Shown here in pieces: positions 9,745-18,217 of a DNA stretch of 64,000 nt (positions are counted from its first letter, which is position 1; every line of letters starts with the position of its first letter). A program made the translations under genes and the position numbers. This DNA comes from Xanthobacteraceae bacterium (GTDB lineage Bacteria > Pseudomonadota > Alphaproteobacteria > Rhizobiales > Xanthobacteraceae). Below the pieces are notes generated by a model. It was given only the letters and a program-made list of their open reading frames with translations, searched no databases and was not told the DNA's origin. The stretch lies in contig JBKQHQ010000230.1 of assembly GCA_052148715.1 (NCBI GenBank), positions 3,243 to 67,242 on the forward strand, given 5' to 3'.

Positions 9745-9777
9745 AAATTCGGGAGGAAGCCAAATTCGGGAGGAAGC
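9745..9777 (+). repeat. tandem direct duplication (2 x 16 nt AAATTCGGGAGGAAGC) containing the Shine-Dalgarno sequence
   Basis: Copies at 9745-9760 and 9762-9777; the second copy places GGAGG 5 nt before the ATG at 9779. Confidence 0.6.
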
Positions 9778-9778
9778 G

Positions 9779-10882
9779 ATGGCCGCCAAGGGCCAAGTGC
9801 AAGTCAAGTTGCTGGGTGGACTGTGCCTGACGGGCCCGGAGGGCGTCGAGCGGAAGTTGCCGACCCGCAAAGCCCGGGCGCTCGCGGCCTACCTTGCGAT
9901 GCATCGCGGCCGGCGCCTGCATCGCGCGAAGCTTGCGGCCTTGCTGTGGCGCGACGAGGAAGGCGGGAACGCCGCGCGTCACAGCCTGCGTCAGGCGCTC
10001 GTCTCCATTCGTGAGGCGCTCGGAGGCGCGGTGATCATCGGCGAGGACGAATGGGTGAGTTGCAGCACCGCCGCGGTGACGGTCGACGCCATTGAGTTCG
10101 AGCATCTGACGCGGGCGCAAACATTCGAGGCGTCGGAAAAGGCGGAGCAGCTTTACCGCGGCGACTTTCTTGATGGTTTTGAGACCGGACAGCCCGGCTA
10201 TGACGAGTGGCTGATGTTCGAACGGGAGCGGCTGCGCGAGCTCGCCCGCCGCAACCTCGGCCGTCTGCTGCTGCAGCGGATTGTTGCTCCCGAGCTCGAC
10301 GCGGCGCTCGCGACCGCGCGGCAGATGATCCGCTTGGATCCGTTGGATGAGGCCGCGCATCGCTCGCTGATGCGGCTCTATGTTCGGCAAGGACGCCGGC
10401 CGCAGGCGGTGCACCACTTCCACGGCCTCTCGCGCTTGCTGCGCCAGGAGCTCGGTGTCGGACCCGACGACGAATCGGTCGCGCTCTACGAGGAAATCCG
10501 CTGCGCGCCACCCGGCGCCAACACGCCCGCCTCCTTGGATCGATCGATCTTCGTGCTCGAGCAACTGCCCTATTGCGTCGTCGTGACCGATCTCGCCAAC
10601 CGCATCGTCGGCTGGAACAAGATCGCCGAGCAGCAACTCGGCTTCACCAAGGACGACCTGTCGGGTCATTCGCCGACGCTGCTTTACGCGCCGGCCCGCG
10701 ACCAGCGGCTGGCCGATCAGATTTTCAAGCTGGCGCTGGCGAACGGCAAATGGTCGCAGCGGGTCAAGCTGCTGTCGAAGGACGGGCGCGTGCATCACCA
10801 GATCCGCACCGTCACGCCGTTGCACGATCGCGGCGGGCAGCTCATCGGCGCCTTCGGCGTCGGCACGCCCTGCGGCATGTAG
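9779..10882 (+). CDS. SARP/AfsR-family transcriptional activator (OmpR-type winged helix + BTAD) with C-terminal PAS domain
   Basis: N-terminal DNA-binding domain (LLGGL..TRKARALAAYLA), BTAD region (DEWLMFERERLRELARRNLGRLL, AAHRSLMRLYVRQGRRPQAV), PAS-like C-terminus; divergent from the CoA ligase operon. Confidence 0.7.
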   Translation: MAAKGQVQVKLLGGLCLTGPEGVERKLPTRKARALAAYLAMHRGRRLHRAKLAALLWRDEEGGNAARHSLRQALVSIREALGGAVIIGEDEWVSCSTAAVTVDAIEFEHLTRAQTFEASEKAEQLYRGDFLDGFETGQPGYDEWLMFERERLRELARRNLGRLLLQRIVAPELDAALATARQMIRLDPLDEAAHRSLMRLYVRQGRRPQAVHHFHGLSRLLRQELGVGPDDESVALYEEIRCAPPGANTPASLDRSIFVLEQLPYCVVVTDLANRIVGWNKIAEQQLGFTKDDLSGHSPTLLYAPARDQRLADQIFKLALANGKWSQRVKLLSKDGRVHHQIRTVTPLHDRGGQLIGAFGVGTPCGM

Positions 10883-10903
10883 TTGCAGTGAGATCGGCGC
10901 AGC

Positions 10904-10970
10904 GTAGGGTGGGCAAAGGCGGCCCCTGAATTCGATTGATGCACAGCGCCGGGTCCGCCGTGCCCACGCG
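10904..10970 (+). repeat. REP element (GTAG-type), 5' flank of RAYT
   Basis: GTAGGGTGGGCAAAGGCGGCC ... CCGCCGTGCCCACGCG, same family as 6441-6615. Confidence 0.65.
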
Positions 10971-11011
10971 TTGTGCCGACGCGCAGCCGAGAATGATAAT
11001 ATAATTCCGCC

Positions 11012-11542
11012 ATGTCGCGATATCGTCGTGCCAAGATCGAAGGCGGCGTCTTTTTCTTCACCGTGACTCTGGCTGATCGCTCAAGCGATCTCCTGGTGCG
11101 GCACATCGATCGGTTGCGACGGATCTACTCATCCATTCAACAACGCTTTCCATTTGAGACGATCGCCATTTGTGTGCTGCCGGACCACCTGCACGCTCTG
11201 TGGTCGCTGCCGGAAGGCGATGCGGACTTTCCCCTGTGCTGGAGCCTGATCAAGAGCGGTTTTTCGCGCGGGCTCGCCAGTGATGCACGGCGAACCCAAA
11301 GCAAGATCGCCAAGCGCGAGAAGGGAATCTGGCAGCGCCGCTATTGGGAGCACGTCATCCGCCACGAGGACGATCTGGAGCGCCATGTCGACTACATTCA
11401 CTTCAATCCCGTAAAGCATGGGTACGTGTCGAAGGTTTGCGACTGGCCGCACAGCAGTTTCCGCCGCTATGTCGCGCGCGGGCTCTTGCCCGTGGACTGG
11501 GGCGGCGATGTAAAGGAAATCACGGGCACATTCGGCGAATGA
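11012..11542 (+). CDS. REP-associated tyrosine transposase (RAYT; IS200/IS605-like Y1 HUH transposase, TnpA_REP)
   Basis: 176 aa; HUH motif LPDHLHAL, catalytic Tyr region YIHFNPVKHGY; flanked by inverted REPs. Confidence 0.8.
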   Translation: MSRYRRAKIEGGVFFFTVTLADRSSDLLVRHIDRLRRIYSSIQQRFPFETIAICVLPDHLHALWSLPEGDADFPLCWSLIKSGFSRGLASDARRTQSKIAKREKGIWQRRYWEHVIRHEDDLERHVDYIHFNPVKHGYVSKVCDWPHSSFRRYVARGLLPVDWGGDVKEITGTFGE

Positions 11543-11644
11543 ATGTGGCGTGTACGTTGGGCACGGCGCTACGCGACTAGCCACCTACAGCTTATGTGGC
11601 GGTACGTTGAGGCTGACTTCATTTGCGCTTTGGCGAAGCCCGAC

Positions 11645-11713
11645 CGCGTGGGCACGGCGGACCGGGCGCCGTGCACCCATCGAAAGTCTTGGGGCCGCCT
11701 TTGCCCACCCTAC
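11645..11713 (-). repeat. REP element (reverse-complement orientation), 3' flank of RAYT
   Basis: CGCGTGGGCACGGCGG ... GGCCGCCTTTGCCCACCCTAC; ends 14 nt before the convergent PrpD-family stop codon. Confidence 0.65.
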
Positions 11714-11726
11714 CGCGACCGTGATT

Positions 11727-13121
11727 CTACTTCGCCATTCCTTCGATGAGGGATTTGAGATCATCCACCGCATCGATCGCCCAAATTTGTCGGGCCAATT
11801 CGGTCGCCCGTTCGTCGCCGAGCGATGGCGCGACCAGGCCGTGAAACTTGGCGCGCAGTCGATCGTCGTCGAGCGGAAGAAGACGTGAGCCCAGCGCCTC
11901 CTCGACCTGCCGCGTGAAGGTGCCGCGCGCGGTCGTGACCGTCACCCGCGCCGGCCGCCGCTGCGGATAGAGGCGGTCGATCTCCGGCGGGGCTGTGACG
12001 TGCAACTTCGACGCCAAGGCGGCGAGCAACGGATCGTCTCGGACGGGGTTGGTGAAATGCTCAAGCTTGATGGCGCGGAAACGTAAAGCGAGCGCCATCA
12101 GATAGGGAAAGCTCAGTTGGGCGCTGGCGAAATCATCCCACCGTGTGTGCGCGTGCTCGGCGGCGATGGCATAGGTCTCGACATCGACGCGCTCGACCGC
12201 CTCGGTCACGACGGCCTCAGCCTCGAGGATTTCCAGCAACGCCTCGATCGAGGGCTGGATGTGCCGGCAGCACGGATAGGGTTTGATGTAGCAATCGGTG
12301 ATGCCGAACGGAACCACGGGAGGCAGCGCAACGGCGCGCGCCTTTTCCGGCCGGCCAAAGGCGAAAGCCTGCATGAATCCGTCCCGCGCCTCGATCACGC
12401 CCGGCGGCCCCTGCACGCCGCGCTCGGCCAAGAGCGCGGCCTGCAACCCTTCGCGGGAGGCATGGCCGGCGTGGAGGCGTTTTATGTCGGCGCCACCGTT
12501 GACGAAGGCGAAGAGGCCCGCGGCGCTGCTCGCCGCAATGCCGAGCGCATTGCCGAGTTGATCGGCGGAAAGACCGCGCAGCTTTCCGACCGCCATGGCG
12601 ACACCGAGCACGCCGGCCGCTCCGGTTGGATGAAATCCACGCTGACGCAGGTCCGGATGGCAGGCGCGCGCGATGGCGATCGCACTCTCGTAGCCGGCGA
12701 CCACGGCCTCCAGCAAAATTTTGCCGCCGGCCCCGCTCGCATAAGCGACCGCGAGCGCCGCCGGCAGCACGACGCAGCCCGGATGCACCGAGCCTTGGCG
12801 GTAGCCATCGTCGAGCTCCATGCCGTGCGCTGCGGTGCCGCCAAGGAAAGCGGCATCGAGCAGATCGGCGCGGCGCGCGCGCCCCGGGACCGGAATGTCT
12901 CCGGCGGCACGGACATTGGCCAGCATCGCCTCGGCGCGGGTGGCGACATCTCCGCCGGCGCCGGCGATGAGCACACCGATCGAATCCAGAATGTGGCGCC
13001 GCGCGTAGTGCCGGACCTCCGCCGACAGCGCCGCGTAGCGCAGACCGCTGACGAAGCCGAGCAACGCTTGGCTTGCCCCGGCCGCGGGATGCAGCGTGTG
13101 CACGGCTTCGGCTTGTGACAT
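11727..13121 (-). CDS. MmgE/PrpD-family protein (2-methylcitrate dehydratase-like)
   Basis: MmgE/PrpD-like throughout; ATG at 13121 (MSQAEAVHTL) with GAGGG upstream; 95 N-terminal residues of the 559-aa ORF are not supported. Confidence 0.8.
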   Translation of the reverse strand: MSQAEAVHTLHPAAGASQALLGFVSGLRYAALSAEVRHYARRHILDSIGVLIAGAGGDVATRAEAMLANVRAAGDIPVPGRARRADLLDAAFLGGTAAHGMELDDGYRQGSVHPGCVVLPAALAVAYASGAGGKILLEAVVAGYESAIAIARACHPDLRQRGFHPTGAAGVLGVAMAVGKLRGLSADQLGNALGIAASSAAGLFAFVNGGADIKRLHAGHASREGLQAALLAERGVQGPPGVIEARDGFMQAFAFGRPEKARAVALPPVVPFGITDCYIKPYPCCRHIQPSIEALLEILEAEAVVTEAVERVDVETYAIAAEHAHTRWDDFASAQLSFPYLMALALRFRAIKLEHFTNPVRDDPLLAALASKLHVTAPPEIDRLYPQRRPARVTVTTARGTFTRQVEEALGSRLLPLDDDRLRAKFHGLVAPSLGDERATELARQIWAIDAVDDLKSLIEGMAK

Positions 13122-13254
13122 TCGGAGGGTCCCTCTTCGAGTGGGTCGCTTGGCTCGTTGATCCGCGCCCGCGTTGTGGGATTGTTGCGTCAGGAGAGCA
13201 GGAGAGGGGATGATCGTCAACAACATCCTCTCCGCCAATCCAGCTGGCATCGCG

Positions 13255-14193
13255 CTAAAGGTATCTTTGCAGCGCCGCAAGCGCTTGTTGGACGCAAGCG
13301 CGTCCCTCGGCGATGGCTTCTGCCGCGCGATTGAATTCGAGCAGTCCGACGGCGCGCAATCTTGGCACCAGCAGGACGTGCGGTGGTTCACCGGCGAGAC
13401 GTGCACGCGTGATCTGATCCTGCATGACGTTGATCGAGCTGGTCAGTACGTCGAAATAGCCGGGAGCGGCCGGTCCGGACCGCAACAGCTTGGGGGCGAT
13501 GGCGGACGCTTGCTGCCTGATCGCTGCCGGAATTTGATTAAGCAGCCGGCGCAGGAATTCTGGCGAACTGTCGATCTCCGTGGCACTGGTGCGCGGAATG
13601 TCATTATCCTCGAACCGGCCCAGGATGTCGCCATTCAGATTAACCGCGATGACGATGTCGGCGCCAAGCGCACGGCAGGTAGAAACGGGCACCGGATTGA
13701 CCAGCCCTCCATCGGCTAACCATCGGTCGGCGAGCTTGGTCGGGCTGAAAATGCCGGGAATCGAGATGGACGCCCGGACCGCCTCATCGATCGGACCCTC
13801 GCGCAGCCAAATCTCTCTGCCGGTTTCGAGGTCGGTGGCAACGGCCGCATACGGCTTGCGGTAGCTCTCGATCGGCGCAGCGACTTTAAGATCGCGTAGT
13901 AGCGCAACAATCCGCTTGCCGTCGATAATGCCGCCACCGGACAATCGCACGTCTAGGAAGCCGACGATCTCACGCAAGGTCAAAGCTTGCACGAAGTCCT
14001 TCAGGGCCGGCAGCCGATCCGCGACGTACGCCGCGCCAACGAGCGCGCCGATCGAAGTGCCGCAGACGATATCAGGCTCGATATTTGCCCCAAGCAGCGC
14101 GTCGATGACACCGATGTGTGCCCAGCCGCGGGCCGCGCCACTACCGAGCGCAAGACCGATCCGAGGACGCGCCGCCGAGTGCTGAATCGACAT
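13255..14193 (-). CDS. patatin-like phospholipase
   Basis: 312 aa; GxGxxG (GSGAARG) and GTSIG (GxSxG) nucleophile motif, DGG catalytic Asp motif. Confidence 0.8.
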   Translation of the reverse strand: MSIQHSAARPRIGLALGSGAARGWAHIGVIDALLGANIEPDIVCGTSIGALVGAAYVADRLPALKDFVQALTLREIVGFLDVRLSGGGIIDGKRIVALLRDLKVAAPIESYRKPYAAVATDLETGREIWLREGPIDEAVRASISIPGIFSPTKLADRWLADGGLVNPVPVSTCRALGADIVIAVNLNGDILGRFEDNDIPRTSATEIDSSPEFLRRLLNQIPAAIRQQASAIAPKLLRSGPAAPGYFDVLTSSINVMQDQITRARLAGEPPHVLLVPRLRAVGLLEFNRAAEAIAEGRACVQQALAALQRYL

Positions 14194-14247
14194 TCCCGGA
14201 GGACTCCCAATTTGTCGTGAACGGTATCAATTTTCCAGGCCTTGACG

Positions 14248-16389
14248 CTATCGGATGCGCGGACCGCTCCAGAGTTTCATCAGAGCATCGACGGCGACGA
14301 CCCCTTCGCCCGCTCGCCGCACGATCATGGGGTTGATCTCGGCCTCGAGCACGGGCTCCGCCGCCGTCGCCAAGGCCGATAGCGCAACGACGGCCTGCGC
14401 CAGCGCTTGAAGGTCGCCCGCGGGCTTGCCGCGAAAGCCGGCGAGCGGGCGCAGCGCGCGCACCTCCTCGATCATCTCGCGCGCCTGCCCAAGGTCGACC
14501 GGCGCGAGGCGCAGGCTGCGGTCGCGATAGATCTCGGTCATGATGCCGCCGGCCGCGAGCATGATCAGCGGACCGACATCGGGATCGACGCGATAGCCGA
14601 TCAACGCCTCGCCAAGGCCCAGAATCATCGGCTGCACCAGCACACGATCGACAGAGATTCCGGGCGCGCGTTCGGCGACCGCTCGACCGATATGATGGAT
14701 CGTCTCGAGCAACATATCGCTGTCGCTCACGCCGAGCGCGACGCCGCCGACATCGGATTTGTGCGCGATCTCGGCTGAGAGAATCTTTACGGCGACGGGA
14801 TACGGAAAGGGCAGGGCAGGGGCGCGGGAGATTTTTTTTGTATCGAGCGCCACGGCCGCGGCGCGCGTGATGCCGAGCCGGTCGAGCAGCGCAAAGGCTT
14901 CAAGCTCATCGAGCATGCGCCCGTGGCTGCGGGCATCGATGGCCGAGCGGACGGCGAGCGGCTTCGGCGCTCGCCGCCTGAGCGCGGCCACGATCGCATC
15001 GGCGCAGGCTTCCGGCGTGTAAAAACTCGGCACGCCGGCCGCTTTGAGCCGCGCCAGCGCGTCGGGCGCATCGGGCACGAGGAACGCCGTGAGCGGCTTC
15101 GGCGATGCCGCGCTGTCGATGATCGGCCGCACCGCCAGCTGCGGGTGGAAGCGCGCCGAGGAGCCAACCACTACGAGGATCAGGTCGAACTCGGGCGCCG
15201 TGGTGACAACGTCGAGCGCGGCCTTCATCACGTCGTAGCGCGTGCCGGCCGTGGTGAGGTCGATCAGGCGCGCGAGCGCGGCCTCGACGCCCGCGGCGGC
15301 AAGGCGCGCCAAGGTCTCAGGGCTCGGCGGGGCGACGCTCACATCCGCGCTCGACAGCCGGTCGACGACCATGGCGGCGCCGCCGCCGGTCGTCGTCACC
15401 ACGCCGATGGTCGCGCGCCGCCCGGCCGTGCGAGCCAGCGGAAGCTTGGCGACGAGCGGCAGGCCCTCGATCAGGCCGTCGAGCGTATCGACGCGGGCGA
15501 TGCCGCATTCGGCGAGAAAGGCGTCGGCCACATCGTCCTCGCCGGCAAGCGCGCCGGTATGCGACACCGCGAATTCGCGCGCCGCCTGGGAACGGCCGAG
15601 CTTGTAGGCGACGATGGGTTTGCCGCGCTCCGCCGCCGCGAGCGCGAAGGTGCGCATCGCATCGGCGTGGCGCATGGTTTCAAGAAAAAGCAGGTAGCCT
15701 TCGATCTCGGGATCGTTGAGCGTGGCGAGGCAGATCTCGCCGATCGAGAGATCGATCTCGTTGCCGACCGAGACGAGGCCGGCAAAGCCCGCGCCGCGCG
15801 CCTTGCCGCGCGAGACCAGCGCCCCGATCATGCTGCCACTGTGCGACGCGGCAAAAATGCGCCCGACCGGCAGGTCCTTCTCCTCGAAAGCGGCGTTGGC
15901 AGTGAGCAGCACCTTGTCACGCAAGTTGACGACGCCGAGGCTCGATGGCCCGACGAGGCGAATGCCGGTGCGCGCGCAGATCTCGTTGAGCCTGGCGGTG
16001 CGCGCGAGGCCTTCGGCGCCGGCCTCGGTGAAGCCGTTGGCCAGCACCGTTGCCACCGGCACGCCGAGCTCCGCGCATTCGGCGACCGCCTCGATCGCCG
16101 CCTCGGTCGGCGTGACGATGTAGGCGTGATCGGGTATTTCAGGCAGCGCCGCGAGCGAGGGCCAGGCGCGCTCGCCGAGCACCCTGTCGCGCCGCGCATT
16201 GACCGGATAGACGGCGCCGGGATAGCCCGCCTGGCGCAGATATTTCAGCGGCCGGCCGGCCGTCTTCGCCACATCGTTCGACTGCCCGACGATCGCCACC
16301 GAGCGCGGCGCCAAGAGCTTTTGCCGCAGGTCGAAAGGCGTTCGCCCGTTGCTGCGCACGCGTCCTGACGCCGCGTCACTCGGCGGCAT
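14248..16389 (-). CDS. acyl-CoA synthetase (NDP-forming), acetate--CoA ligase (ADP-forming) family
   Basis: 713 aa; CoA-binding N-domain, succinyl-CoA-synthetase-like ligase domain, ATP-grasp C-terminus. Confidence 0.8.
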   Translation of the reverse strand: MPPSDAASGRVRSNGRTPFDLRQKLLAPRSVAIVGQSNDVAKTAGRPLKYLRQAGYPGAVYPVNARRDRVLGERAWPSLAALPEIPDHAYIVTPTEAAIEAVAECAELGVPVATVLANGFTEAGAEGLARTARLNEICARTGIRLVGPSSLGVVNLRDKVLLTANAAFEEKDLPVGRIFAASHSGSMIGALVSRGKARGAGFAGLVSVGNEIDLSIGEICLATLNDPEIEGYLLFLETMRHADAMRTFALAAAERGKPIVAYKLGRSQAAREFAVSHTGALAGEDDVADAFLAECGIARVDTLDGLIEGLPLVAKLPLARTAGRRATIGVVTTTGGGAAMVVDRLSSADVSVAPPSPETLARLAAAGVEAALARLIDLTTAGTRYDVMKAALDVVTTAPEFDLILVVVGSSARFHPQLAVRPIIDSAASPKPLTAFLVPDAPDALARLKAAGVPSFYTPEACADAIVAALRRRAPKPLAVRSAIDARSHGRMLDELEAFALLDRLGITRAAAVALDTKKISRAPALPFPYPVAVKILSAEIAHKSDVGGVALGVSDSDMLLETIHHIGRAVAERAPGISVDRVLVQPMILGLGEALIGYRVDPDVGPLIMLAAGGIMTEIYRDRSLRLAPVDLGQAREMIEEVRALRPLAGFRGKPAGDLQALAQAVVALSALATAAEPVLEAEINPMIVRRAGEGVVAVDALMKLWSGPRIR

Positions 16390-17545
16390 CGGCCTGGCGC
16401 GGCGGGCGCTGGTCGAAACGGCGATCGAAAACGTGCTCGGCGATGCGGTTCTTCAGAATCTCGACCGATCCGCCGGCGATCATCCAGCCGCGGCAGCGCC
16501 GCATGCAATATTCCACGAGCGTTGAGCGGCTGTAGCCGGTCGCGCCCATGATCTGCACCGCCTCGTTGGCGAGCTCGAAGCCCGTCTGATTGCACGCAGC
16601 CTTGGCGACCGCGGTCTCATAGGCCGACGGAAAGCCGCGGTCGGCGTTGGCGGCGGCGCGATAGAGCAGGAGCCGCGTGCCCTCGAGCTTGATCGCCAGA
16701 TCGGCGAACTTCCACTGCAGGCCCTGGAATTCGCAGAGCGGCCGGCCGAACTGCTCGCGCATCTGCGCGTGCTCACGCGCTAGATTGAAGGCGTAGCGCC
16801 CGAAGGCGAGCGCGCGCGCCGAATTACCGATGCGCTCGACATTGAAACCCGTCATCTGTTTCTTAAAGCCGCCCGGGCCGAGCAAAATATTTTCCGCCGG
16901 AATCCGGCACTGGTCGAAATGCAGCTCGCACCATTCCTCGTCGCTCATGAAGCTCTGCGGCGGGCCGATCACGAAGCGCGGCGTGCCGCGCTCCACTATC
17001 ACCGAGCCGATGCCGGAAAGCCCCGGCCCGAAACGCACGTAGATGAGGAAGATCGCCGCATCCGGGCTGAACGTGGAAAAAACCTTGGTGCCGTTGAGCA
17101 CGTAATGGGCGCCGTCCGGGCGCGCGCTGGTCTTGAGCTCGGTCGCCGCCGAGCCCGCATCGGGCTCGGTCATACCGAGGCTCATCACCATGCGGCCGGC
17201 CAGAAGCTCCGGCAACCAGCGCGCCTTTTGCGCCGGCGTGCCGTATTCGGCGAAGGTGCGGATCGGGCCAAAGCTGCCGAACTGCACCACATCGGCGCTG
17301 CGCGGACAGACCGACGCAATCTGCTCGATGGCGATCACGGCATCCATCAGCGAGCCGCCCTGGCCTCCATCTTTCTGCGCGATAGTGATGCCCATGAGGC
17401 CTTGCTCGCTCATGCGCTTGGCCACGTCGAACGGAAATCGGGGATCGTGCGCGCGCGCGAGCGCGTCCTTCTGCAGATGCGCCAGCGCGAACCGGCGCAC
17501 GGAGTCGGCAAACAGCTTTTGCTCTTCGCTGAATTCGAAATTCAT
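16376..17545 (-). CDS. acyl-CoA dehydrogenase
   Basis: 389 aa; typical ACAD N/middle/C domains (LGMTEPDAGS, catalytic base region near YSRSTLVE). Confidence 0.85.
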   Translation of the reverse strand: MNFEFSEEQKLFADSVRRFALAHLQKDALARAHDPRFPFDVAKRMSEQGLMGITIAQKDGGQGGSLMDAVIAIEQIASVCPRSADVVQFGSFGPIRTFAEYGTPAQKARWLPELLAGRMVMSLGMTEPDAGSAATELKTSARPDGAHYVLNGTKVFSTFSPDAAIFLIYVRFGPGLSGIGSVIVERGTPRFVIGPPQSFMSDEEWCELHFDQCRIPAENILLGPGGFKKQMTGFNVERIGNSARALAFGRYAFNLAREHAQMREQFGRPLCEFQGLQWKFADLAIKLEGTRLLLYRAAANADRGFPSAYETAVAKAACNQTGFELANEAVQIMGATGYSRSTLVEYCMRRCRGWMIAGGSVEILKNRIAEHVFDRRFDQRPPRQADAAE

Positions 17546-17578
17546 GCGCCTACCACCTGCTGCCTTCGTCCATCGCCA

Positions 17579-18019
17579 TCACTGCGCCGGAAAGATCGCC
17601 GCGGGCGCATCGGGGAATCTCTTGCGAATGCGTGCGAGCTCCTTGTTGTGGTCGCAGTCCGCCTCGCCGCAGGGCTGGTCGACCACGCGCCATTTCTGCC
17701 CGGTTCGCTGCAGCAGCGCGGATTCAGTCTCGTAATGCTGCGTGTTGTCCCGCGATTGCGGGTCGGCCGTGACCCAGGCCCAGTCGCCCAAAACTTTCAG
17801 ATAGCGCGCCACGAAGACCCGGTCATGGATGTCGCCGAGGGAGTGCATTGCATCGAAGATCGCATTTCGCTCCGGCGTGCCTGCCGCAGGCGTATGCGGG
17901 CCGGATTGGGCAAGGGCCGAGGTGAGGGCGAGCGCCAGCGCGAAAGCCACTCCCGTGGCCCGCTGGCTCCAAGCGCAAAGGGGGGAGGACATCGGGGTAG
18001 CGTGGCGAGTTTTCGTCAT
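17579..18019 (-). CDS. hypothetical secreted protein
   Basis: 146 aa ORF with N-terminal signal peptide (AFALALALTSALAQS); no family recognised. Confidence 0.45.
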   Translation of the reverse strand: MTKTRHATPMSSPLCAWSQRATGVAFALALALTSALAQSGPHTPAAGTPERNAIFDAMHSLGDIHDRVFVARYLKVLGDWAWVTADPQSRDNTQHYETESALLQRTGQKWRVVDQPCGEADCDHNKELARIRKRFPDAPAAIFPAQ

Positions 18020-18217
18020 CGGCCCTTAGCGCCCATGCCCCATGGCTTCGGGGATCAAGACTCGGAATTACTGAAAACCTAGCATAGTGCGAGCCGAGGG
18101 CTCATTCAAATGCCACCTCGGGCCGACACGGCGAAGACCGGATTTGGCGGAAAGTCTCTCTGGAATCGGGCGAAGAATACTGTGACAATCGGCGAGACTT
18201 GAAGCCGCGAAGCGCCG

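Larger units (their letters stand above)
10904..11713 (+). mobile_element. REP-RAYT-REP unit
   Basis: RAYT gene bracketed by inverted REP copies (10904-10970 forward, 11645-11713 reverse complement). Confidence 0.7.

Noticed and set aside
9731-10825. 364-aa ORF antisense to the SARP regulator
   Set aside because: No domain signal; the sense-strand ORF has clear wHTH/BTAD/PAS architecture
14923-16368. 481-aa + strand ORF rich in Arg/Gly/Asp
   Set aside because: Antisense to the well-supported NDP-forming acyl-CoA synthetase gene
18020-18217. Possible cobalamin riboswitch upstream of eutB
   Set aside because: No convincing B12-box or conserved riboswitch core could be recognised by eye; would need a covariance-model scan to settle
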